From: Spongospora subterranea f. sp. subterranea
Lineage: Eukaryota
DNA length: 33,852 nt
Assembly (NCBI GenBank): GCA_049724395.1
Contig: JAUGWO010000001.1
Location: forward strand, 186,001 to 219,852
Reading direction: 5' to 3'
Positions 10,111 to 20,817 of this stretch are shown here, in pieces (position 1 is the stretch's first letter; each line of letters starts with the position of its first letter). The notes beneath the pieces were generated by a model, which was not told the origin of the DNA, did not search any database, and saw nothing but the letters and a program-made list of their open reading frames with translations. The translations under genes and the position numbers were made by a program.

Positions 10111-11244
10111 TTGGGTGATAGCGCAAGCAAATCAAGCGGCAGGGGTTACCCCCGCCAATCAAGTCGGTGGAGTACAGTCGACGGCATGGCATCATTTATC
10201 CGATGACAATCTCACGCGATCACTTACCATTACCTGGCGCGGCCATAGCGCCAGTTGCGCTGGTCCTTCGGAAGACCGGGACCGGAATTGGCAGAGCGCA
10301 CATGTTTGTGGCACCACAAGTGTTTGGGTCACTGTAGGAACACTGTAGGAACACTTAAATGTATCTGTGAGTGACTGCGCACAGTGTTGGATCAATTTTG
10401 GATCATTGGATCAATTTGGATCTCCGCCAGCCACCCGTACCCTCTACAAGTATGTGGTGGACACTGTCCTTCACAACGACATCCAAATTCAGTATTGGCC
10501 TCGCACTTTCGATGAACGCGCATTGTGTTATATTTGCGGGAGGCGTCGAATTTGAAATAAAGACGAATTTAAACCATTCTTTGGTCACGCTGAGTATGAT
10601 TAAATATAGTGACGAGCCTTTGTCGTTTCAATTGTTAGAATGTCAGTTTGGATCAGTATTCGCGTATTTGAAGTGTCCGACGGCATCGACACTCTCAAAT
10701 TGTTCGTTGTTTTAGGCCCGGCAATTTTGCGAGTTTTTGAGTTATCAACATGGCCAGGACAGCGATAGAATGCCTTTACGGTCAGTGTGTTAAATCTAAA
10801 TCGGCGGCAGGATTTAATGAAGGCCCTTTTCGCAATATACCGAAAATCGTCGTTTCGGACATTTTTCATCATTTTTCAGCGGATTCATAATCCTGGATTG
10901 GGCGCAAATTTGAATTTCTGTGTATGTTTGAATACACGCCATCATTAACTTACTCACAGATGGAATATGCCAAGTCTTATGGCCATCTGAAAACTCAAAG
11001 TGCCCGAACCGCATTCATCATGATGGAAGCATTCAATTTCGACATATATATTCCAGATTGTGATACAAACCTCAAGCTACTTTTTCCAGATTGCAACAGA
11101 TTTTGCAAATTTCTTCTTCTGATTTGTTTATTGTTAAATTTGATGACGACCATGTGTTGTTACAGACATTAACCATCAATATCTACTACGATTAGCGAAT
11201 AAAAGGGGATTTGGGACTCGAAACATGCCGTGTTCAAGGTGGAG

Positions 11245-11408
11245 CCCAGTTTCCTTATTTGAAAAACCGAATTTTTGGGATTGCAAAGATGCTGCGTCAT
11301 AAAACGTTTCGGAATCGAAATTCCAGATATGACGAATTTGCTTCCATATTACGTAGGCCTCTTCCACTTGCACGGCTCGAAACAAATTTCATTTACCCAA
11401 ATCTGCAC
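11245..11408. repeat. ~165-bp dispersed repeat, copy B (inverted relative to 8370-8534)
   Basis: ORF track gives the same peptide (AVQVEEAYVIWKQIR) on opposite strands at the two loci. Confidence 0.9.
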
Positions 11409-11699
11409 TTTGCCTGAAGCTCGGGGTCATCGGGGGACATTGATAAGGAGGAGAATCCTGGAGGTAAACCAGACCAGGGAGAAAAAAGTTAAAGTCGATG
11501 GAGTCTCGGCAGATTTCGCTGGAAAGGAGTTGGCAGGTGGCTTTTTGGATGGTTGTTTCTCTCACTAATATACTGCTGCTTTTTATTCAGTCATTGACTC
11601 TATCAAAAACGCTGTCATGCTGGCTCTCGATTTGGTTCGGACGGACGATTCGACTTGAAAGGCTCTTCGAACAGCTCATCAGCGGCTTTGTCACGGAAT

Positions 11700-12000
11700 C
11701 AATAAGTAATTTGTTCGCTTGGTTTAGCCGGATGGTAGGTAACCGACCGGGCAGCAAGTCAGGTTGTAGCCGAACTGCCTCTTGAACTAATGTACTGATG
11801 TTAACCGGACGATCGAGCGCGCCCGCTCTGACTGGAAAATTCCAGTAAGTTTTCGTATAGTTCCGGGTGTTGTTGTTGTCCTGACGACGGACAGAGGACA
11901 AACCGGCTGTTCTGAATTGGGCCATCTCCGATTTTAGCGAAAAGTTTCTTCCAGCTCCTGATTTGATATGGAGCAACACCAGCAAGCATTTCCTCAAACG
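11700..12000 (-). mobile_element. Probable pogo/Tc5-type transposase remnant (CENP-B-like HTH)
   Basis: Two frames join as GQQQHPELYENLLEF/…ALDRPVNISTLVQEAVRLQPDL, resembling the CENP-B HTH pattern YPELE..L..F...R....PV....L...A..L.P. Confidence 0.45.
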
Positions 12001-13081
12001 ACCCATGCGACTCACCGTTGGAATGTCTCTGAACGAGACCATCGATTAGCCAACAAACCATAAGCGTACTCCCCGCTCCGCAACTTCCATTGCTCGGCCG
12101 AGTTGTTTTCTCGAAAGTTTCCTCTTTTGGTTCCAAATTTGTTGGGCGGGGGTTTTCAAGTGAAGTTTATTACTTCCCTACGCACGATTCAACCAGAAGC
12201 CAAGATACAAATGCAAGTGAAAAACCAAGGTCATCCTTGCTGAAATGTGCCCCTTCGGCCTTCAGCCCTTCACCCAAAACAACGTGCGAGGACTGTACAT
12301 TTTGGGGCACATCCGACCGTCGACTATTTATTCTCAAATTGACCATGTAAACTCATCCAACTTTTCACCCACAATTCCAAGTTGGACCGTAAACTATTCG
12401 TCCCACTTTCCAAGTTCATGCCGCCACCTCGTGCGGAAGCCCGTTTATGGATTCAAGGTCATCTTCGTGCGACGACGACTTCTATCTGGACGATGCGTGC
12501 CAAGAGTGTTCGATCTTCTAATAGTACGTGCTGCGTTGGCCGCATCGACCAGTAGTTATCACTGCTTGGAAGATGGTAATGCTGACTATTCGGTCAACCC
12601 TGACCGTCCGAAGATCGACCGGTTGGGCAATTTTGTTAGAAGCCCACTCAAGTGTGTTGAAACAGTTTCGACAGTTATACGTCGCGAAATAACGACTGCT
12701 GTGCCATTTCTAATTTTCGCTTCTGTACAGCTTCAAAGCTTTTCGAGAATCGAGTCCCAACTGCAAGCATAGATTCCATCGTGTCAGCCAGTAGATTGCA
12801 CAGCAGAATATGCATCAGCTTTTGTAGGAGTTGGACGAGTGGTACTGGAGCGAGAACTCTTGGGGAAATCTGGGTAGGGGGTGGCAATTCCCAAGAGAAT
12901 TCCTTCACGAAGGTTGAGAACATTTCGCGATAGCATAACTGTTGGACTGTTTCAATTTTTCGACCAAGTTGTCATCTTGTAGGACTGCTTGGTCATTCTT
13001 TCCATCGTTGACGTCCCAAGTTCAATGTCGCTTAGGGTGGCTTCAAGCTGTTTTTTCATTGAATCTTCTTTGAGGATTCGA

Positions 13082-13566
13082 AAGCCTGATGTGTCCTTGA
13101 ACACAGACTTCCATACCTGTTTCGGTAATCGCTGAACAACCTTCTTGCGATCTTTAGAATATTTGCGAAATGAGTACGATAAGATTCTGTCATGTCTGAC
13201 ACCATGTTATTAGTTATCACCTGCCGGCCAGTGCTGGCATCGGGGGCCTGATCGATTGGAGGGAAAGTGGCATGAACTGATGAAAATCTATTATCGTCCA
13301 ACTTCGATCGAAAAGTTTTGATACTCAAACACCGACACGAAGTTTTTCTTCCCGGTTCGCTCGTCAGGAGTGTATTCACACCTCAGTCGTGTTGTTATGG
13401 CGTCTCCAATTGATCAGGCCCCGATTGCCAGCCCTAACTAATAACATGGTATCAGAACAAAATCGTATCGTACTCACTTCGCTGAGTATTCTAAAGGTCG
13501 CATGAAGGTTGTTCAGCGATTACCGAAACAGGTATAGGAGTCTGTCTTCAAAGACGTATCAGGCTT
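13082..13566. repeat. Diverged inverted repeat (13082-13261 / 13405-13566); each arm carries an LTR 3'-end plus primer-binding-site-like junction
   Basis: Arms align as reverse complements with substitutions and small indels. TAACA|TGGTATCAGA at 13442-13456 (+) and TAACA|TGGTGTCAGA at 13209-13195 (-). Confidence 0.85.
13447..13456 (+). promoter_or_regulatory. Putative LTR-retrotransposon primer binding site (initiator tRNA-Met type)
   Basis: TGGTATCAGA directly follows ...TAACA. A TGTTG/TGTTA start at 13390-13393 gives a short TG...CA LTR-like remnant. Confidence 0.55.
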
Positions 13567-14563
13567 AATTCATTTGATAAAATTCATAGCAGCTTTTTAT
13601 GCAGTTCCGAGTTAGCGATAGATTCTTTCTATCGTCTTTCCCCTGACGAACCAATCAAGAATTCATCATTTAAACGCAACCAGGTAAATGGGTTCTCTTA
13701 GTTTTGTTCCGTATCGTTTGCCCAAGCGCTATCTAACACAATTCGCCATCGTCTGCTCGCAATGTCCATCACTGAGAGTCTTTTGATACCTAAACAATTC
13801 TTGAAATCGAGAGTTTGGAACATTCTGCACGTTAGTCCAATTGAACATAAGATCGGATCGCTCGAGAACAACTCTCATCACTTCTGTCTCACAATGACCA
13901 ATAATATCGTGTGACAAATGGACTGCAGATACAGAAAAGGATTCAAGGAAACTGACGTGGGGAAAGGTACCAGTTGATGGTGTGTGCTTTGTTCAAAACG
14001 ACGATGGTGGTGCCAAAGAGACGTGATTGCGTCATTGTTGCAACCGGGTCAAACCTTCAAAAAATCAAGCGACATCTTCCGTGATAATCCTGCTTTCCGA
14101 TATTCGGTCCAAACCTCAAGAAGTTGGATCGACAATACACCGTTTCTGTTCTGCCATTGGTCAATTGAAGTCTTTGCACCTTTCTACGCCCCTAGTTAAT
14201 TCGCTTTGCCTGTCAATTTTTCAAAACCCGGATTGACTTAACAGCACCCGATGAAAAAATACAAACAGACGGAACCGGCAGGCGATGAAGCTGAGACGAC
14301 ACCATCCCTCATCAATCTGTCATAGACCGTCGCTCGCTATTTTCGACAAAATTCAAACTACAGGACGATCGCGGTTTTAAATTCACAAGTAAAACCTAGA
14401 TAATTTCCTCGTGTAAACCAGATTCAACTCACAGCCCCAATCTCGCGCCGCTGTACCCATCAGTCCAAAATATCTTCGTGTTCACCGGATATTTTCCCGA
14501 GATTTGTTTTGGGTTTGTGGTTGTTTTGCAGCGCCAACGACCCCGGTCCCCCCGTGTGTGAAC

Positions 14564-15932
14564 ATGACTGGTGCCCGTAGCCCGTCACAGGTACTGCGCG
14601 GTGGTATTTATATGTTGCGCGAGTTGACATTCAACATAGTGCGCCAGCCGCGCGGCCCTCTCACAGAAACCCAAAACCGGGGATTGGCCGGGTCGAGTTG
14701 AAAAAGGGCGCCACCGCGTTGGCACCAGGATGATCGCCACCAAGCCGATCCGGCCGATTCCGCAACGAACCAAGAGGAGGTCCAGCGATGAGGCAAATGG
14801 TCGAGCTTGATCGACGGGATGGGAGTATTCGGGGGCTCTCACCGTGGTCGTTTTTGTTCAGGGGATCAAGAACGCCTCGATCAGTATTTGACGTTCCGCA
14901 GCGAACTGACCGATCTCCAGCAGTCGTCCAAGCTCTCCAAAGAGAACCGACGAGTCATCGCCCAATATTTCAACGGCGAATTAATCCAATCCGGTTCGTT
15001 TTTCGAGTGTATTCATTGAGTCCGATCCGATGTAAAAGTGTTTCTGTTATAGACACGTGGAAGGCGCGATTCCCCTCTGGCATATTTCAGTGCCTTTTAC
15101 ACGAGACAGAGGGCCCTCTCTGTGGAGAATGCGTTTCCCGAGAACGAGTGTTCTTCGAAATCGATTTCTCCAAAAATCGCTGCTCTAAAGTACGTTTTGC
15201 GCGCCGTCACCGGATCCGCCCGCAATTCAGTTCGCTCGTTCTGTTCAGATTATTCGGCGCATTGCCTTCAAAGATGGGGACGGAACGCGCCCCCAGCCAT
15301 CGCACAGCGCCAATGAACGGGCCGGTGATTCGTTCAACGTCTTCCCGAGCAACGTCCGGATCGACGACGTCTGCGCCGACCTCGACGGCAAGAAGCAAAT
15401 GCTGAGCGATCTGGCCCAGCTATCCGATGTCGCCGCCATTTTCGGCCGTCCATCTGGGCCGAAGGCGGCGTCGAAAGCGGCGCCCGCCGACACAGCCGTC
15501 AGTGAAATTCCAGGGATCAATCTCAAGGTGGCGTCGCCCGTTGTCTCACCGACAATCGTAGCGCCACGCAAACGCCAATCGACCGGTTCCAGTCCCGATC
15601 CCCGCAAGCGAAGGGCGTCGGAGACGAACGTCGTGGCACCAAAGAGCCCAGCCCCCAAGAAGCGAAGGAAATCGTCGCCGAAGAAGAGGATTTCGTCGGC
15701 CAGCATCAAGGCGAATTCGGGACGGGACGACGCCGCCAGCTTCGAAGTCGAGCGCATTCTCGACATGAAACGGGCGACGTCGCGCCCGTTCGGGCGCCTG
15801 TTCCTGGTGAAGTGGGCGGGGCGGCAGCCGAACGGGAAACCCTGGGAGGACACGTGGGAGCCGGATCGCAACGTCTCCGACGACCTGATCGAGGAGTTCA
15901 CGCGATCGCAGAAATCGTCACGAACCCGGTGA
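14564..15932 (+). CDS. Chromodomain-containing protein
   Basis: Introns 14591-14639, 14800-14861, 14994-15052 and 15190-15248 all keep the frame into ORF 15399-15932. Basic NLS-like linker (PKKRRKSSPKKR); C-terminal FEVERILD...FLVKWAG...DTWEPDRNVSDDLIEEF. First exon is less certain. Confidence 0.8.
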
Positions 15933-16329
15933 AGTTCAACTCGCGGGTGATCGTCTGTTGTCACAATGGAACAACAACTCCATCGGTTCCCGAACGGAAC
16001 AATCTGTTTTTCGCCATAAATATTTGCCTTTAACGACACTGGGCTTAGTGGGGGCGGTGATATTGTTGTTGTTGTGTTGTCATCGGACACAGTGTCGCGA
16101 AACCCGTTCCGAATCCGATCCGACGAACACTTCCTCTGGTTTTGCTTCGAGAGGGGAAGGGGGAGAGGGGGTGTTCCTCCCCCCGCTCGTCACAATTCGG
16201 GGTGGACGATCAAGGGGGGCGCGACCAAGGCCATCGGGCTCGGCCATCGCTCGCGACTGTGTCACCCAATATCTTCCTTGCTCCAGAGGGGAATCTCTCG
16301 AAACGGATCGACGACGGCGGACGATAGCA

Positions 16330-18442
16330 ATGGATATCGATCGATCCGAGGACAAACGCAGTCCATTATCGCTCCATGGCCATGAGATTCAGCGAGCGTA
16401 TCCAGTCTCGCCGGTATCCTTGCTCTCCGACGCGCCCGACGACGACGACGACGACGACGTCGTCGGCTCGACGTCCAACGCCAAAGGCAATTTCACGTTC
16501 CGGTTCCTGGGGGGTGTCCTGTTGGCGATGTGCGTCGTGACCGGGATCCTGTTGTCGGTCCTGCTCCGGTCCAAGAGCAGCACGATCGTGTTGCGCATCA
16601 ACAGCAACGCCATCGACGCGTCCCATATCCTGCCGCCGTTGGCCGACATGCTCCACCTGTCCCAGGGCGACATCGCGGTCAAGTCGTCGGCGCCGTGGGG
16701 GAACGGCGGCCAGGAATTCACCATCGACCTGGCCAATTCCGGTAAAGACCAGTTGATGCGTCTGATGTCGGACGGCGATCCCCGTCTGAGCAAAACGGGT
16801 CTGATCGAGGTCGACAGCGCCAAGGTGTGCCCGATCGGGAAGAAGGGCCCAACCTGTTCGGAATGCGCCACGAAGTTCGGGTTCAGCGGCGCCCAATGCG
16901 ATAAGTTCGGTTGCGGGATGGCGCCAAACGGGGCGGGACTGATCGTTTCCGCAGGTATTTGTCGACGGATTCGCAGGTGGATCCGTTCGCGTTCATATCG
17001 CCGATGAGGGATTGCGACACGACCGAGACCATGAAGTGTGTGAAGTCGGAGGCGGTGTCGGGGATCCGTGTCGTCAACCTGGCCGGGAACGTCGCCTGCG
17101 TCCGGCGCATCGACAACGGCGCCGTCCAGCAGACGTCGATGAACCTGGCGTCGCCCCATCCGATGGCGTTCTTCGAGGACCGCAACATCGGCAAATCGCT
17201 GCCGTTCGTGGCCCTGTATGGGTCGTTCGACCACATCACGTACGTTTGCGATGGGGAGTTCATCGGGTTCCTTTGGTGCCATAGCGAGAAACCTTGCCAG
17301 AAGTGCCCTATCAACGCCTAGTAAGTCCACGATCGGTCGAGCGAACGATCCCCCCGAATGTGTGTTAATCTGAATCGGTTTCCCCCTTCAATCAGCTGCG
17401 AGAACAATGGGGTTTGTGAGACGGCGCTGCCCGGCGATGGATCCTGTAAACAGTGCCCCAAGAACCATTTCGGGCTGAACTGCCAATCGTGCTCGAGCTC
17501 CTGTAAATTGGGCTGTCTGGATGGGTATTCCGGCACCGGCGATTGCCTGTGCGACAACAATCGCATGGGCCCGAACTGCGATCGGTGTCAGCCCGGGCAT
17601 TATGGACCGGGCTGTGTTCCATGTCTCTGCACGTCCAAGGTCGGTTTCATCGTGGGCCAAATCCCTCGTCGGGTGTTTGATTATGGGGATTAGGGGGTTT
17701 GCGCTGATGGAACCACTGGAACCGGCGAATGTCATTGCACAAAGGTGAGTGGGTTTCTGTTGTTCGTTTCGTTCGTTCGGCGAACGGGTTTCCACCCGGT
17801 GTTCCCTAACGCGCCTGGCGATTTCAGAACTTCGCCGGGACGATCTGTGATCGCTGCGCCGACGGATTCGATGGTATCAACTGCGATATCTGTCGTGAAG
17901 GAAGGATTGGACCGAATTGCCTTCCTTGCCCGTAAACGGATTTCGTCGTTTCGCTGACGATCGGACTCTGATTTCGGGCGTGTTTTTTTGGTTGTCAATG
18001 CAGGTGCGGTCCGCTCGGGCGATGCGATGGGAATCTCACACAGATGAACGTGAAGTGCGTCTGCAACGACAACGTGATCGGGAGCGAATGCAATCAATGC
18101 GCCGCCGGATGGTTTGGGCCGCAATGCCATTCCCGCTGTGCTTGTGATCTTGGCCAGACCTGTTCCGATGGGATCAACGGCACCGGGCAATGTTCGGCGA
18201 CCCCTGCTCCTGGCCCAACGACCCGACCGTCGACGACGGCGCTGGTGGCGCCATCCATCTCGGCCACGCTCTTGGCGATGCGATTGTCGCCGTGCCGTCC
18301 AGGATTCGCCCCGCCCCTGTGTCTGGATTGTCAATCGGGGTTCTATGGGGCGTCGTGCACAGAATGTGTTTGTGGTTCTGGTCATCAGTGCAGTGATGGT
18401 TTATCAGGAGACGGCTCCTGTAGACCATCAACCTCTCAATAG
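16330..18442 (+). CDS. Type II-like membrane protein with multiple laminin-type/EGF-like Cys-rich repeats
   Basis: ATG at 16330; single hydrophobic helix FLGGVLLAMCVVTGILLSVLL. In-frame introns at about 16905-16954, 17321-17395, 17640-17693, 17745-17827 and 17932-18003. Repeats such as CLDGYSGTGDCLC, CDRCQPGHYGPGC, CSDGINGTGQC. Confidence 0.85.
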
Positions 18443-19853
18443 CCATCATGGATTTCTCATAGTCCAGTTCATCATTAATATATTCCTGTTGAGACTCATC
18501 TCGCTCTGGGAACGGGTTCCGAATCCGTTCATTGCGTCATTTTATGATTTTGTGAGAGTTGGGGACAGACCCGGTTGGATAGAGAATGGTTGTGGGGAAG
18601 AGATGATCAAGGTCGGCGACAACCGATCGACCCCTGGGGGTTTATGATCATGGGGAATCATCGCTCAATGGCCTGATCGTACAGACCATCACCGGTCGCC
18701 TCAGCCGCGATCGTGATCGGTTCCCATAGTCGGTCGCCGATATTCGATGACCCTGGGCTCTACCCCATCTCGATTCGCCCTGAATATCGCCATCCTGTTC
18801 TTTGTTTTAGTGTAAATCGGCCACACCTCCCCAGGTCGTCTGTTCCCGGTTCCCGACCGCCTTTCCACCGCCCCCGTTCACCTATGGTCTGGACGCTGAG
18901 GCCTGAGCCAGAACTATCGTCCCCGTTTTCTTTCGAAAATCGGTTTGTTTTGAACAAAATAACTACGACCCCATTACGTCCGTCACCGCTGTGGCAAAGC
19001 CGATTTTGAAATCGGTGCACTTTACTCGCTATGGTCGTCGAACACTCCAGACCGGACTTGGAAGCGCGGCGGTCGATCGTATCGCGGCGTCGGGATGGGT
19101 TAGTCAACCATTGGCAAATGAGGTGCACCGATGTTGTTAAAATCGGTTTTATTCCACGATAAACCAACGAAATCTCTACGTTAGTCAACGCTAGAGAATC
19201 GCGCTACGCCAGTGTGGAATCTGTCCGAAACCTAATCAGATAATTGCTCATAGCAATCCTGATATTGTGTCCACAATTATCTCCGGTGGGATCATATCAG
19301 CCCAACTCAATTTCGGGCGCCGTCGCCCCTCTGTCGACAGCCCTAGCCGATCAATGGATTCGGTTTGGCAACGCATGGTCTGGTGTCATCAGCGATTGGC
19401 CGACGCTCTGGCCGACCATGTCATGACTGTAAATGTCACCGGTTTCGTGTTTGGTCGTGGGCCGATTATGTCCCAAAAATATCTGTCCAGGTCAGATCGG
19501 CAAACAAACCGGTAAGATATGGCGATAACTCCCGATGCGATTTTGATGGACGTTTCAGGTTCGTCAAGCTCTGAACGTTTTCAGTGTTTCTTATTGTGCG
19601 TTTCACAGAATGGGATTTCAACAAAGATGATGACGCGCCGGCAAGGGGGTGAGGATCAAGGGGAAGAATTGAGCTCCTTTGACGATGGGGTTCCTTCTGG
19701 GGAACAATATCGTCAAGGTTTTCACAAGTGGTGTCTGCACAAGTGCCAAGGTTCTTCGGTAGTAGATGAGGCAGTACACCCGAACATTATCGTCAGATGA
19801 ACTCGGGTCGTCCAACTCCACATGGGATCCGATGGATGAAACATCGATATGTA

Positions 19854-20559
19854 TTAGAGGGATTTGTGTTGAGCGAAACTGATTGTCGCCAATATCGCCA
19901 ATACGATCTCACACAATGCGAACGATAACGAGCCAATGTTCATGAACTGATCGATATTCAGTCTACGGGCGAAACAGCGTCAATCAGTTTCTCGAACGTG
20001 ATGGAACCTCGGGCGAGATTACATGTAGGTTTGCCAATGCAGGAAATAGTAATAGCCGACGAAGGCGATCCCGGTCAGGACAATCGAGACCAACATTGGC
20101 GGCACTGACTGGATCTTATTCCCTTTCGACACTATTTTGTCGCGTCAATGGCTGTCGGTGTTGGGCCAGAGTTTTTTTACCCAGAACCAATCGGCAATAT
20201 TCGATGGTGATCAGGAGGAGCAGGGCGAAGATCTCAATCGCGAATATGTTCGATGGATAAGGTAGTTTCGCATCTGATATCAAAGGTCATTATCGCCATG
20301 AATTATGGTCGAGATCGCCAAGAATACGTTTGTAGATGAAAAGCAACACGTTGATGACGAGGTAGAACACGGAGAAGGCGCGATTAAAATAGATACAGAT
20401 CTGTAAAGGTAATGACGATAGCTATCGGCGATTATTCAGGTGAAGAAGGACGAAGCAGATGGGGGGATTGTGGTCTTACAATGATGACGGAACCTGATAA
20501 GGATCACAAGTTGACTCAGTAGGAATGGGGCAAAAGATGATCAACGTACCTTGTGCCAT
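19854..20559 (-). CDS. TMEM216: Ciliary transition-zone transmembrane protein, TMEM216/TMEM17 family (142 aa)
   Basis: Six exons (20550-20559, 20480-20493, 20328-20421, 20181-20273, 20023-20131, 19854-19962) total 429 nt. Translation: MAQGSVIILSSLPLQICIYFNRAFSVFYLVINVLLFIYKHAKLPYPSNIFAIEIF...EYCRLVLVSKGNKIQS...LHWQTYILNID...KSL*. Confidence 0.88.
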
Positions 20560-20817
20560 TGAGGGAATATGACGTCGCTGCTCTCAAGGCTATATTGGCG
20601 AACTTCCGATCTGTGAAGGATTGTTCCTTCTTTCCCCACCACCAGAGTCGATGTGTGATTGGCCACACTCAGACTATCGCCAGATGGAGGCCAGGCAACA
20701 CATAAATATCTTGGGCAACACACAGTTGCCGTCGCAAGAACCGGGCAGGAATGTGACGGAATTCGAGGGCGATTTCGAGTAGATGGATTCTGTATTAATG
20801 AATGATTTAACACGATA

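Noticed and set aside
10285..10360. WQSAHVCG as a His-Me finger endonuclease motif
   Set aside because: Downstream conserved Cys/His/Asn spacing cannot be recovered, and the region is disrupted by an 11-bp tandem duplication.
10600..11014. Possible MULE/FAR1-like fragment on the minus strand
   Set aside because: Only a vague FYRC resemblance; too weak to call.
13729..13925. Integrase H2C2 zinc-binding remnant (HDIIGH...FNW)
   Set aside because: Plausible, but the Cys pair and catalytic core are not recoverable.
15958..17330. Long overlapping or antisense ORFs (16389-17330, 16366-16896) and the 15958 upstream extension
   Set aside because: They are shadows of GC-rich coding sequence; the extension begins at a non-ATG codon and the real start is likely 16330.
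18650..19800. Possible multi-exon plus-strand gene ending at 19800
   Set aside because: Splice-like signals exist, but I could not build a consistent model or recognise a product.
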